Origin: Pirellulales bacterium
GTDB taxonomy: Bacteria > Planctomycetota > Planctomycetia > Pirellulales > PALSA-1355
Assembly: GCA_963733035.1 (NCBI GenBank)
Contig: CAVTBU010000007.1
Coordinates: 128,001 to 192,000 of the forward strand
Length of the DNA: 64,000 bases
Direction of reading: 5' to 3'
The notes under the pieces are model-generated. The model made no database searches. It saw only the letters and a list, made by a program, of their open reading frames with translations, and was not told where the DNA came from. The translations under genes and the position numbers were made by a program. Of the stretch, positions 40,337-51,194 are shown in pieces; the first letter of the stretch is position 1, and every line of letters starts with the position of its first letter.

Positions 40337-41769
40337 ATGAAACGGGCCTGGGCGGTCATTCTCACGGTTGCCACGCTGGCCGGTTGCCGCACCGCGCAGC
40401 CGACGAATCCGTTCCTGCGCACGACGGTTCCGCCGCCGGCGACCACGCCCGGCGTTGTCGTTACGCCGGGGACGCCCTATGCCCAGGGTATCTCGCCACC
40501 CATGGTCACGACACCCGCCCCGGCTTTCACAACGCCGCCGCCCGTGACCACGCAGCCGGTTCCGGTCACTCCGGCGCCGGTTGCTCCGGTCGCGCCGATT
40601 ACCGCTCCGCCGCCAGTCGTACCTCAAGGTGACCGGTTTAATCCGCCGGGCGGCTCGTATCTCTATCACCAAAGCTCGCACGAATCGCCAGCGGCCAAGG
40701 TGAAGGCATCTGCAACGAAGCTCACCCGCAATATCCATTCTGACCGCGTGGTGGTACAAGCGTGCTACGCGCCGCCGGTCGACCGCCCCAACACCGAGAT
40801 GTCGCCAGACGGCTTCATCGAGAACCCCTACGTCGTACGGCCCCGCAAAGTCCAGAATCCGCAGGCGGCCTCGGAAGACGGCTACATCGAAAACCCGTAC
40901 GTGAAACAGAAATCCAAGCTGCCCTCGCGTCCGCCAGTCGCGCGGAGACAATCGAGCGTTTCGAAGCCACCGACCTCGAAGGTCCCCTCGCTCGTTAAAT
41001 CTCCTCGGTCTGCCAAACCACTGCCGACCAGCAAAGCAATGCCGCGCGTCGCCGGGCCACCCGTGGCCGCGCCGGCGCGACCCGTGGCGACGCTCAGCAT
41101 CGGCGACGCGCCGGACAGCAATCACAGCTGCCTGCCAAGGTGAGCGTGATGGGGCCGGCCGAGGGCAACGTCATTCGGATCCTGGGGGAGTCGTTGCCCA
41201 GTGCCGGTCGGGCGACAGTTGTTTCAACCTCACCGCACGCGCCCGTAAACAGGCAGGTATTGCGTGCCGGTGAGCCACAATCGCCCCAATCGCCAACCGT
41301 GCTTCGCATCACGGCCGGGGCGCCACAACCGTCGTTGCAATCGGTCGTCCAAGCGTCCGGCACTTCATCGGAATCGAAGGTTGCGGTCCTGATTCCCGGC
41401 GGCAACACGGGCACCGCGGCCACATTTGTCTCTCCCAACGGCCACGACGAGCCGGTCGTCCAGACGACCTTTCAACCCAGTACGAATGGCGCAACGCCCC
41501 CCTATGGCCATACCCCGGATTACCGCACGCTGCGTGGCCGGTTGGAATACTCGCAAAGTCAGCGGCAATGGAAACTCCGTTATATCCCGATCGATGGGCA
41601 AACCGACCGGTTCGGTGGCAGTGTCATGCTTCCAGACGAGGCTGTTCAGGGGCGATTTCAACCGGGTGACTTTGTTGTCATCGAGGGGGCGCTGATCGAT
41701 AAAAACGCCTCCTCCAGCGGCTTCGCCCCGCGCTACCAGCCGACCACGATCATGGCGGCCGGCCGCTGA
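40337..41769 (+). CDS. Pro/Thr-rich lipoprotein; probably one gene frameshifted near 41110-41140, or two coupled ORFs
   Basis: AAGGAG RBS, lipobox LAGC; C-terminal globular domain YGHTPDYRTLRGRLEY...WKLRYIP...DRFGGSV in the second frame. Confidence 0.65.
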
Positions 41770-41948
41770 ATCGGTGACTCTTGGCCCCGCTGCACCAACT
41801 TTCCACCCGCCCCGGGCCGGCTTTTCGGCAATAGACGCGTGGCTTAAGATAGAATAACCGTGCTAGAGGCCACGTCTTTTCGGTCCAGAGACCCAGTTCC
41901 CCGTCGTCCCCCAGGCGCCGACCGCGTAGCAGGTGGTCGGACCCGGAA

Positions 41949-43955
41949 GTGGCCGACGGAAGAGGTTCGTTGTCTATGCAACCCGGCCCTTCGATCGCTT
42001 CCAGGTCCCTGGCCGACGGTTTGCGCACGCCGCTGCAGACGGTATCGAACGGTCTGGCCCGGCGCCAAATCGCCCGTTGGACGGCGCGGTTGCCCAAGAT
42101 CGCGTCCTATGAAGAAGAGCTGAAGCAACTTTCGGCCTTCGATATGCGGAAACGGAGCCTTTCGCTCCGCTATCGGTTGAAGAGTCACGAGCCGGTCGAC
42201 CAGCTCCTGCCCGAGGCATTTGCCTTGGTGCGCGAAGCCGGTCGTCGCACGCTCAACATGCGACACTTCGACGTGCAGATGCTCGGCGGCATGGCCATGC
42301 ATCATCGCTCAATCGCCGAAATGCAGACGGGCGAAGGCAAGACGCTTACCGCCACGCTGCCTCTCTACCTGGCGGCGCTCGAGGGTAAAGGGGCTCACCT
42401 GGCCACGGTCAACGACTATCTGGCCCGCCGCGACGCCGAATGGATGACGCCCATCTACGAAAGCCTGGGCATTACGGTCGGTGTCGTCGAAACGAAGATG
42501 AACCAGGCCCAGCGACGCAAGGCCTATGCCTGCGATATCACCTACGGCACGGCCAAGGAGTTCGGCTTCGACTTCCTCCGCGACCGTTTGCTGCTACGCC
42601 GCATTGGCGAGGGACAAACCGACTTCTTGGGCGGTATGCTCGGCATGAACGCCGACTCGGGCGGTGAGCGGCCGGTGCAGCGCACGCCGTACTTCGTACT
42701 GGTCGACGAAGCCGATAGCATCCTGATTGACGAAGCCCGCACGCCGCTGATCATCAGCGCGCTGCCGAGCGAAGCCCAAATTATCGCCGTGGAGTGCTAC
42801 AAGTGGGCCGCATCCGTGGCCAATCAGTTCGAGGAGGACGAACACTACGAATACGATCACGAGCGCAAAACCGTTGAGTTGACGGCCGAAGGCCGCCGGC
42901 TGGTACGCAATCTGCCCAAGCCGGACGAAATGCACGCCGTCGGCATGTTCAGCATCTACGAATACATCGAACGCTCGGTCAAGGTCGAGCGCGAGTTTGT
43001 CCGCGACCGGCAATACGTCGTCCGCGACGGCGAAGTGGTGATCGTCGACGAATTCACCGGCCGCGCCGCCGAGGGCCGCAAGTGGCGCGCCGGCCTGCAT
43101 CAGGCCGTCGAAGCCGCCGAAGCCGACGTGGAGGTGACTGCCGAGGCCGGCCAGGCCGCCCGTATTACGGTGCAGGATTACTTCCATCTCTATCCGCATC
43201 TGTCGGGCATGACCGGTACGGGCATCACATCGGCCGCCGAATTGCGCAAGATCTACAAAATCCGCGTGCTGCAGGTACCGACCAATCGTCCAGCGATTCG
43301 CGAGCGCTGGCCCGACCGCGTCTTTGGCACCGACGACGAAAAATGGAATGCGATCGTCGAGGAGGTCGACGAAGTGCACGCGACGGGTCGACCGATCCTG
43401 ATCGGTACCCGGTCGATTGACAAGTCCGAACACCTCTCGATGCTGCTCAAACGGAAACACATCGAGCACGAAATTCTGAATGCCAATCACATCGAGGAGG
43501 AGGCCGAAATCGTTGCCAAGGCTGGCGGCCGTGGACGCGTGACGGTTTCCACGAACATGGCCGGACGCGGCACCGACATCAAGCTGGGCGACGGCGTTTT
43601 TGAACTGGGCGGGTTGCACGTGATCATGACCGAGATGCACGACTCGGCCCGCATCGATCGCCAATTGGCCGGCCGTTGCGGCCGACAGGGCGACCCAGGT
43701 ACCTACCGCGTCTACCTCTCGTTGGAAGACGAATTGTTGTTGGGTCTGGGGCCGGAAAAGGCCAAGTACTACCACGAATTTGGCGCCGAGCGGCCCGGCC
43801 GCTACGACCATCTGGCACGCCTATTCCACAAGGCTCAGCGTTTGCTCGAGCGGCGTCACTTCCGCGATCGCAAGATCCTGATGTACCACGAAAAGGAGCG
43901 CAAGAAACTGCAGATTCAAATGGGCCAGGATCCCTATCTCGACACGCCCGGTTAA
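41949..43955 (+). CDS. Short SecA paralog (SecA2-like)
   Basis: EMQTGEGKT, TVNDYLARRD, DEADSILIDEARTPLIIS, STNMAGRGTDI, RIDRQLAGRCGRQGDPG; only ~660 aa. Confidence 0.9.
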   Translation: MADGRGSLSMQPGPSIASRSLADGLRTPLQTVSNGLARRQIARWTARLPKIASYEEELKQLSAFDMRKRSLSLRYRLKSHEPVDQLLPEAFALVREAGRRTLNMRHFDVQMLGGMAMHHRSIAEMQTGEGKTLTATLPLYLAALEGKGAHLATVNDYLARRDAEWMTPIYESLGITVGVVETKMNQAQRRKAYACDITYGTAKEFGFDFLRDRLLLRRIGEGQTDFLGGMLGMNADSGGERPVQRTPYFVLVDEADSILIDEARTPLIISALPSEAQIIAVECYKWAASVANQFEEDEHYEYDHERKTVELTAEGRRLVRNLPKPDEMHAVGMFSIYEYIERSVKVEREFVRDRQYVVRDGEVVIVDEFTGRAAEGRKWRAGLHQAVEAAEADVEVTAEAGQAARITVQDYFHLYPHLSGMTGTGITSAAELRKIYKIRVLQVPTNRPAIRERWPDRVFGTDDEKWNAIVEEVDEVHATGRPILIGTRSIDKSEHLSMLLKRKHIEHEILNANHIEEEAEIVAKAGGRGRVTVSTNMAGRGTDIKLGDGVFELGGLHVIMTEMHDSARIDRQLAGRCGRQGDPGTYRVYLSLEDELLLGLGPEKAKYYHEFGAERPGRYDHLARLFHKAQRLLERRHFRDRKILMYHEKERKKLQIQMGQDPYLDTPG

Positions 43956-44150
43956 ACAACTGTCTGGCGGCAGCGCTCGCAGCGCCAGGCATATGCCGCT
44001 CGACGCGCGGTTGTACGCGTGCTAGCTCTTCGCTAGACTTCGCCTGGGGCGGGGAACAAAAAGGCGAGCCATGACAAGACTTTCGGCACTCTGTTGTGCG
44101 CGCTGTTTTTACGCCGCGCCTGGGTCCACATTGCGAGGCTGCCGCGGCCG

Positions 44151-45641
44151 ATGGGCGTGATGCACTTTCTGGTTCCCCGTCGCGATCGCGTGGGGGCGGA
44201 TGCCGCCCAGCGGGCATATTTCGCCGGCATCGACGAAGTCCCGTGGCTCGCACGCATTCATTGGAATGACGAGGGACTCGTCGTCGAGCGAGCGGAGTGC
44301 GACTCGGGCAACTTTTTTGTTCCGTACGTGGTCGAAGGGCGTGGCGAATTGATGCTCGCGACCGCCAGCCTGATGGAGCGGCCGCGTCCCTACCACCTGC
44401 ACGTCGAACTTGCTCGCGGCACGCTCAATCGGCTGCGCAATCAACTGGCGTCGTTTACCGCCTCCGGCGTGCCGCTTCCCGCGTCGCTCCCTGACCTCAT
44501 GCGTCGGGCCCACGAACAACTGTCCGCGGCGGTCACCCGGCAAGATGATTCGATGGAAGCCGCCCGATTGTCGGATGCCGCCCTTGGCACCACACTCGAT
44601 GCGGTCGAGTTGCTCTCGGCGTCGTACGCCAAGAGCGTCGTTGCCGCGCGCCTCCGTGCCGCGGGCAAACTGACGACGCTGCTGGGCGTCAACTTGGGTA
44701 CCACGCAACCTTCCGGTGCGTTGGCCTCACAACTCAGCGCGACGTTCAACACCGCGCAAGTGCCGCTTGCGTGGCGCAGCATCGAAGCCCGCGAAGGGCA
44801 TCGCGACTTTTCGCTGGTCGACGCGCAGATCGACTGGGCTCGCTCGGCCGGTTTCAAAGTCTGCGGTGGGCCGCTGCTATCGATCGACAAATGGACGCTT
44901 CCCGATTGGATGTACCTATTCGGCGAGGACGATATCGACAGCTTTCGCTCTTGCGTCTCGGAACACATTCAATCCGTGGTGGCCCACTGCCAAGGCCGCG
45001 TGCACCTCTGGATTTGCTCGGCGGGGCTGAACCTGGAAAACGAGTTCGAGCACCCCGAGGAAGAACGCCTGCGGCTGGCGGTGTTGGCCATTGAAAGCAT
45101 CCGCCGGCAGGATCCACGGGCGCCGATCGTGCTCTGCGTCGATCAGCCGTGGGGAGCCTTCATGGGTCATGAGGAATACGATCTCTCGCCGCTGCATTTC
45201 GCCGATGCCCTGGTTCGGGCCGAGCTAGGGCTGGCTGGCATCGGCCTGCAACTGAATGTCGCCTACATGCCCGGTGGCAGCGAACCGAGAGACGCGCTCG
45301 AATTCGGCAGGCAAATGGATCGCTATAGTTCACTCGGCCTGCCGCTGTTGGTCTCGCTAACGGTTCCCAGCGGCAGCACGTCCGACCCGCATGCGCTGCG
45401 CAAGAGCCAGGTGATTCAGTACGCACCGGGCGACAGCCTCTCTCCCGCCACGCAACGCGATTGGGGCGGACAGATTTTGCCAATGCTGCTGGCCAAGCAG
45501 CCCGTGCAGGGCATCCTCTGGAACCAACTGCTCGACAGCCAGCCCCACGAACTTCCGCACGGCGGCCTGTACGACCAGCGCGATCACGCGAAGCCCATCG
45601 TCGAACAGTTGAAAAAGCTACGGCGGGAGAATCTGGCGTAG
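44151..45641 (+). CDS. GH10-like TIM-barrel hypothetical protein
   Basis: FN...WRSIE..EG..DF..VD..IDWA...G.PL....LPDW pattern of GH10-like barrels. Confidence 0.65.
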   Translation: MGVMHFLVPRRDRVGADAAQRAYFAGIDEVPWLARIHWNDEGLVVERAECDSGNFFVPYVVEGRGELMLATASLMERPRPYHLHVELARGTLNRLRNQLASFTASGVPLPASLPDLMRRAHEQLSAAVTRQDDSMEAARLSDAALGTTLDAVELLSASYAKSVVAARLRAAGKLTTLLGVNLGTTQPSGALASQLSATFNTAQVPLAWRSIEAREGHRDFSLVDAQIDWARSAGFKVCGGPLLSIDKWTLPDWMYLFGEDDIDSFRSCVSEHIQSVVAHCQGRVHLWICSAGLNLENEFEHPEEERLRLAVLAIESIRRQDPRAPIVLCVDQPWGAFMGHEEYDLSPLHFADALVRAELGLAGIGLQLNVAYMPGGSEPRDALEFGRQMDRYSSLGLPLLVSLTVPSGSTSDPHALRKSQVIQYAPGDSLSPATQRDWGGQILPMLLAKQPVQGILWNQLLDSQPHELPHGGLYDQRDHAKPIVEQLKKLRRENLA

Positions 45642-45735
45642 TGCGCGACGAATTACGCCAGTCTTCAGATTCGTATGCCTTTGGCCCTCGTTTAGCTCCT
45701 GTTCGGCGATCTTGCCTGGTGACTAGAATGCGGCA

Positions 45736-46107
45736 ATGAGCGGAGTCGATGGCAATCCTTTTGCGAGCCCGAGGGATTCACGTACGGGCGGAACACGCCT
45801 ATCGACCGTGCGGCCCAGCCGGCTGAGACGGATGGCTGCCGTTGGCGCATACCTTTCCGCTGCGATCTGTATGCTGATTTGTTTGACAGGAGTCATTGGT
45901 CTGACGATTAGGCTGTGGCGAGGGGTCGTTGTCACATTCGATTGGGTCGTCATGGCCGCGACGGGATGTGTCGGCCTTTGGGCCGCGGTTCTGGTTGCCG
46001 TAGGACTGCTCCTACAGAGTCGGCCGCGAGGCAAGGCCGAATGGGTCGTCCTGGTATTCTTCGCGATATTCAGCATCGCGATATCCGTGATCAAGACGAC
46101 TTTCTGA
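45736..46107 (+). CDS. Small membrane protein
   Basis: NPFASP N-terminus, three TM segments; TAGAAT just upstream. Confidence 0.6.
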   Translation: MSGVDGNPFASPRDSRTGGTRLSTVRPSRLRRMAAVGAYLSAAICMLICLTGVIGLTIRLWRGVVVTFDWVVMAATGCVGLWAAVLVAVGLLLQSRPRGKAEWVVLVFFAIFSIAISVIKTTF

Positions 46108-46280
46108 GATTCAGTTGCGTGCTTGGAATGCATGGCGTCATTAATCCACCGCTCAAGGCCACTTTGCTATCGGTGGGCCGTGCCGTAATCCGTATCTCAT
46201 GGTGCCTTGCGACTCCGCGAGTTGGGCCCGATAATGACCGGCTTTCACCCCGCACTTACTCTTAGGGAGTCCTTTCGCTG

Positions 46281-47183
46281 ATGTCGCTTCTGGTCGTGGG
46301 TTCCGTGGCTTTGGATAGTGTCGAAACGCCTACCGAAAAGCGCGATAACGTGCTGGGGGGCTCGGCGGTCTTTTTCTCGTACGCCGCCAGCTACTTCACC
46401 GGCGTGCGGCTGGTGGGCGTCGTCGGCGAGGATTGGCCCGGCGAGCATACCGAGTTGCTTTCCAAGCAGGGAATCGACACCGCCGGCTTGCAGGTCGTGC
46501 CTGGCGCCAAGACGTTTCGCTGGCGGGGCAAGTATCAGCCGAACATGAACGACCGCGAGACGCTCGAGATTCACCTCAACGTCTTCGAGACGTTCGACCC
46601 GGTGATTCCCGAGAGCTATCAGGACTGCAAGTTCCTGTTCCTGGCCAACGGCGCGCCCACGCTGCAAATGAAGGTGCTCGAACAGATGCCCAATGCCCAG
46701 TTGGTCGTGGCCGATACGATGGACCTGTGGATCAACATTCAAAACGACGAACTCCGCGCGCTGCTCAAGCGGATCGACGGGCTGGTGCTCAACGACTCCG
46801 AGGCCAAGCTGCTGACCGACGATGAGAACCTGGTCCGCGCTGGCCACAAGGTCCGCGAGATGGGCCCCAAGTTCGTCGTTATTAAGAAGGGTGAGCACGG
46901 CGCGATGTTCTTCAGCAAGGACGAAACGTACGTGATGCCGGCCTATCCGACCCCCGACGTCATCGACCCCACCGGCGCCGGCGACAGCTTTGCCGGCGGC
47001 ATGATGGGCTACCTGACCGAGCAGAAGGACGCCAGCCCCCAAACCCTCAAACAAGCCTTGGCCTACGGCACCGTGGTGGCCAGCTTCAACGTCGAGGACT
47101 TCAGCCTGGAGCGGATGAAGAAGATCGCCCGGCCGCAACTCGAAGCGCGAATGCAGGAGTATCGGAGGATGTTGTCGTTCTAA
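46281..47183 (+). CDS. PfkB family carbohydrate kinase
   Basis: GSVALD, LGGSA, DPTGAGDSFAGG. Confidence 0.95.
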   Translation: MSLLVVGSVALDSVETPTEKRDNVLGGSAVFFSYAASYFTGVRLVGVVGEDWPGEHTELLSKQGIDTAGLQVVPGAKTFRWRGKYQPNMNDRETLEIHLNVFETFDPVIPESYQDCKFLFLANGAPTLQMKVLEQMPNAQLVVADTMDLWINIQNDELRALLKRIDGLVLNDSEAKLLTDDENLVRAGHKVREMGPKFVVIKKGEHGAMFFSKDETYVMPAYPTPDVIDPTGAGDSFAGGMMGYLTEQKDASPQTLKQALAYGTVVASFNVEDFSLERMKKIARPQLEARMQEYRRMLSF

Positions 47184-47267
47184 TCATCGGTTCCATGATC
47201 TTGGTGGATCGCTTGCAGTCGCCTGCCCACATGGCACCGGCGAATCCAAGTCCGGGAACATCGACGT

Positions 47268-47738
47268 ATGATCACCGGCCTGTTTGAAACCCATATCAAC
47301 GTGACGAATCTCGAGCGCTCGCTGGCGTTCTATCGTGACGTGCTGGGGCTTGAAGTCGGGCGCGTCGAAGAGGACCGGCCCGTTGCGTTCCTGTGGATGG
47401 GCAGCCGCGGCGAGGCAATGTTGGGGCTGTGGGAAAAACCGCCGGAGCAGGTTTTGCCACAGCATTTTGCCTTTCGTTCAACGGTCGACGACGTGCTCGA
47501 GCGTTCGGTGGCGTGGCTGGCCGAACGGGGGCTCGACTGCCACAATTTTTTGAACGACGGTACACGGCGACCGATGGTGTTTGCCTGGATGCCGGCCGTG
47601 GCCCTTTACTTCGACGACCCGGATGGCCACTTGCTGGAGCTAATTGCCATGCTCCCCGGCCAGCCGCGCCCCGAGTTGGGTGTTGTCTCTTGGGAGTCGT
47701 GGCAAAACAAGGTCCAGCAACAGGCCCAGCAACAATAG
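47268..47738 (+). CDS. VOC/glyoxalase family protein
   Basis: ETHINVTNLERSLAFYRDVLGL...HFAF...YFDDPDGHLLE. Confidence 0.9.
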   Translation: MITGLFETHINVTNLERSLAFYRDVLGLEVGRVEEDRPVAFLWMGSRGEAMLGLWEKPPEQVLPQHFAFRSTVDDVLERSVAWLAERGLDCHNFLNDGTRRPMVFAWMPAVALYFDDPDGHLLELIAMLPGQPRPELGVVSWESWQNKVQQQAQQQ

Positions 47739-47787
47739 ATCGCGCCCGGCCAACCGCCGCGTCCCCGAACGCATATAATGGACCGTC

Positions 47788-48366
47788 ATGTCGCAAATCA
47801 TTCGCACGTTTGTCGCCGTTGAGATACCACTGGAAACGAAGGACAAAGCCCGCCGGGTGATCTCGGAGCTCGCCGTCACGCCGGCCAAGGTCAAATGGGT
47901 GGAACCTCTGCATTTGCACTGGACGCTCAAGTTCCTGGGCGACGTCGACATTCTCGAAACGCCGGCCATTTGCGAGGCGGTCGCGCGCGCCGCCGAGCCG
48001 CTAGCCTGCTTTGAGGTCGAAACGCACGGCGTGGGAGCCTTTCCCGACTCGCGCCGGCCGCGGACGGTGTGGCTGGGAATGCGGCGGGGCTGCGAGCAGA
48101 TGATCGAATTGCACGATGCCATTGAGTTCGAGCTGGCGAAGCTGGGGTACCGCTCTGAAAACCGCCGCTTCCGACCGCACCTGACCATCGGCCGCGTGCG
48201 GCAAAGTCCCGCGGGCGTTGACGAGTTGGGCGGCCTGATCGACCAGCGCAACGACTTTGACGGCGGCGTTTCGCTGGTCGACGAGGTGGTCGTCTTTTCC
48301 AGTATCCTCAGCCGCGACGGGCCGACCCACGAACCGTTGTGCCACGTGGAGTTAAAGGGGCACTAG
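47788..48366 (+). CDS. thpR: RNA 2',3'-cyclic phosphodiesterase (2H family)
   Basis: RTFVAV, LHWTLKFLG, FRPHLTIGR (two HxT motifs). Confidence 0.9.
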   Translation: MSQIIRTFVAVEIPLETKDKARRVISELAVTPAKVKWVEPLHLHWTLKFLGDVDILETPAICEAVARAAEPLACFEVETHGVGAFPDSRRPRTVWLGMRRGCEQMIELHDAIEFELAKLGYRSENRRFRPHLTIGRVRQSPAGVDELGGLIDQRNDFDGGVSLVDEVVVFSSILSRDGPTHEPLCHVELKGH

Positions 48367-48647
48367 ATTCGCCGCCGTGTGGCGAGCGACACACCCGAAA
48401 ATCGGTCGCACAGAACGCCCCCTAGCGAGCACCTCCGGGGTTGCGCGATGTTCGGGTGACGGTGCGTTAGCGGAAAAACAAAGCGCTTTTCATGTCGGCT
48501 AGGCTATTTTGGAATTCCCCCATTATTTCTTGTCAGGAATATGTCAGCAGCGGCCAAAAGGATGTCAGGACACAGGGTGTCAAACGTATGCCGCTCATCG
48601 TCGGTATGCAGGTACGAAAGCGCCAACCAAAAATGGGCGAGGAAGAC

Positions 48648-49508
48648 ATGACAACCGCCAGAAGGACAAGCCGAATCGCACTTCAAGTCGGCATTTCAAA
48701 ATGGGTTCTCGCTGCCCTTTGCGTCGCAACGACACTCTCCTTGGAAGCGCCTGCAGAAGCTGCCGTCTTCTTCAATGACTCGGTGCATGCCGGTAGTCCT
48801 GCCAACGCCACCAACTACAGCGGGTATATGGCCGACGGCGGTGGTTTCGAGACGCCGAGCGGTCTCTTGAGAGATTTCACCACCGGCGTCTACTCGTCAA
48901 TCACTGCCACTCTTTCGGGGACGAATATCAGCGGCAGCATTTCTGGCGCACCCAGCGTCGGCACCGATGCCTATGACGTCTTCAACGGCAAGGTTAACCT
49001 CGGCGATTGGAGCACTTCCTATAACAGCTCATCCAGCGGCTGGTCCTATCAGGTCACATTTACCGGACTTGACCCTAGCAAAACGTATGAGTTTGTAACG
49101 ACGGCCAACCGCAACAACGCATCATATGCCGGGAACGGCAGCACTTCGCGGTGGACCGAATTCTCGATCGTTGGTGCTGACACGTACACGAACGCCAGCA
49201 CGGCCGGCGTGACCGAAATCTCGCCCGATGTCGTGGAATTCAACACTGGCTATAACACGGTTAACGGCTATGTAGCTCGGTGGACTGGTATCACAGCGGC
49301 TGACGGCAGTTTTACGGTTATCTCACAGAACGTCGGTGCTGGTGGCCCAGGCGAGGCCAACAAGTCATACGGGATGGAAGGATTCATGCTGGCCGAGGCC
49401 GCTGTAGCGCCTGCAGTTCCCGAGCCAACGAGCATCGCCGTCTGGTCGCTGCTTGGAATCGCCGCTTGTTGCGCAGGATGGTGGAGACGACGAAAGCGAG
49501 CGGTGTAA
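48648..49508 (+). CDS. PEP-CTERM sorting-domain protein
   Basis: Signal peptide, Ser/Thr/Gly-rich body, VPEPTSIAVWSLLG...WWRRRKR; visibly lower GC than neighbours. Confidence 0.9.
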   Translation: MTTARRTSRIALQVGISKWVLAALCVATTLSLEAPAEAAVFFNDSVHAGSPANATNYSGYMADGGGFETPSGLLRDFTTGVYSSITATLSGTNISGSISGAPSVGTDAYDVFNGKVNLGDWSTSYNSSSSGWSYQVTFTGLDPSKTYEFVTTANRNNASYAGNGSTSRWTEFSIVGADTYTNASTAGVTEISPDVVEFNTGYNTVNGYVARWTGITAADGSFTVISQNVGAGGPGEANKSYGMEGFMLAEAAVAPAVPEPTSIAVWSLLGIAACCAGWWRRRKRAV

Positions 49509-49868
49509 ACAGCACTAGCTGACACTGCTCTGGCGGACCGATCGCACCATCGGGCGAAACGTGGTCGGTGCGAATGTCGGCGCTCATCCGAGGAATCCGC
49601 CGCGCCAAATCTTCGGCTTGTGGATCGGTGATCGCGCCCACGCTAGGCAACAGCTTTCGGGTAACAACAAGCCCGGTTGTTCCAAGTGCCACAGGTCTCG
49701 CTCGGCAGTTGTTTCGGGCGTCAGCTCTAGCTGCGGCGACGACGGACGTCTGCCGGTCTAAGGGGAATTGGCCCTCAATTTGGCTCGCCACCCGCTTGGG
49801 CCGTTTGCTAAGATGCTGGTGGCCGAGGGCGGAGTTGCCGGCCTCAGCAATTTCTGCGTACTTGGCTC

Positions 49869-49910
49869 TTGCAGAACCGGCCGAACGCCGATAGTATGTA
49901 CATGCGTTCA
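49869..49910 (+). promoter_or_regulatory. recA promoter with candidate LexA operator
   Basis: TTGCAG-17 bp-TAGTAT, overlapped by the quasi-palindrome TGTAC-ATGC-GTTCA (49897-49910). Confidence 0.6.
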
Positions 49911-50001
49911 CTGGTGCGAACGGGCGGCAAAGGGGGCTTCCCAACTTGTCGCATGATTCGCACCTGCCGGCCGTTCTTCAAGCACAAGGAAGCCCGACAC
50001 G

Positions 50002-51117
50002 ATGGTCACCGCCACCAAATCGAACAATCGCATGGCTAAAGAATCCGCAAAAGCCGCCAAGAAGTCGAAAGAGCCCGCCGGGGTGTTCGACTCGAATCCC
50101 GACCTGAAGAATACGGTCGCCCAGATCGAAAAGCAGTTTGGCGAAGGGGCGATCATGCCGCTCGGCTCGGCCAAGGCCGTGCAGATCGCGGGCATTCCCA
50201 CCGGCAGCCTCTCGCTCGATTTGGCCCTGGGTGGGCAGGGGATTCCCAAGGGGCGGATCATCGAAGTATTTGGCCCCGAATCGAGCGGCAAAACCACGCT
50301 CGCGTTGCATGCCGTCGCGCAGGCCCAAAAGGCTGGCGGCATCGCCGCGTTCATCGACGCCGAACATGCCCTGGATCCCAGTTGGGCCAAAAAGCTGGGC
50401 GTTGATCTGGAAACCCTGCTGGTCAGCCAGCCCGGCTGTGGCGAAGAAGCCATGCATATTACCGAAATGCTGATCAAGTCGAACGCGGTCGACATCATCG
50501 TGATCGACTCGGTGGCCGCCTTGGTCCCCAAGAAGGAACTCGACGGCGAAATTGGCGACTCGCACGTCGGACTGCAGGCCCGGCTCATGAGCCAGTCGAT
50601 GCGCAAGCTCACCGGCACGATTAACAAGAGCAAGACCGCGGTGATTTTTATCAATCAGATTCGAGAAAAGATCGGCGTGATGTTCGGCAGCCCCGAAACG
50701 ACTCCTGGCGGCCGGGCCCTGAAGTTCTATAGTTCCTGCCGTATCGACGTTCGCCGGATCGGTCAGCTGAAAGAAGGGGAAGATGTGGTCGGCCAGCGGG
50801 TGCGGGCCAAAGTGGTCAAGAACAAAGTTGCCCCGCCGTTCCGCCTTGCCGAGTTTGATATGATGCACGCAGGCGGTATCAGCTACGAATCGGACGTGCT
50901 GGATCTGGCAATTGCTCAGAAATTAGTCGTCCGATCGGGGGCTTGGTTCCGCTACGGTGATGTACAATTGGGGCAGGGTCGGGAGAAGACCCGGGCTTAC
51001 CTGCAGGAAAATCCCGCTTTGGTCGAGGAGCTGAAGGCCAAGATTCTGGCCTCGGGCGAACCGGTCGAAAAGGTGGGTGATAGTGATGGTGACGACGGAA
51101 GCAGCGGCGACGAATAA
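50002..51117 (+). CDS. recA: Recombinase RecA
   Basis: [62 protein letters not shown]. Confidence 0.99.
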   Translation: MVTATKSNNRMAKESAKAAKKSKEPAGVFDSNPDLKNTVAQIEKQFGEGAIMPLGSAKAVQIAGIPTGSLSLDLALGGQGIPKGRIIEVFGPESSGKTTLALHAVAQAQKAGGIAAFIDAEHALDPSWAKKLGVDLETLLVSQPGCGEEAMHITEMLIKSNAVDIIVIDSVAALVPKKELDGEIGDSHVGLQARLMSQSMRKLTGTINKSKTAVIFINQIREKIGVMFGSPETTPGGRALKFYSSCRIDVRRIGQLKEGEDVVGQRVRAKVVKNKVAPPFRLAEFDMMHAGGISYESDVLDLAIAQKLVVRSGAWFRYGDVQLGQGREKTRAYLQENPALVEELKAKILASGEPVEKVGDSDGDDGSSGDE

Positions 51118-51194
51118 CCGTCCGCCGTTTTGCAGGCCGGCACCTCGCCTGCCGCGGTTCGCCACTTCAGCGAGTATGCTCACGAGGTGCTGAC

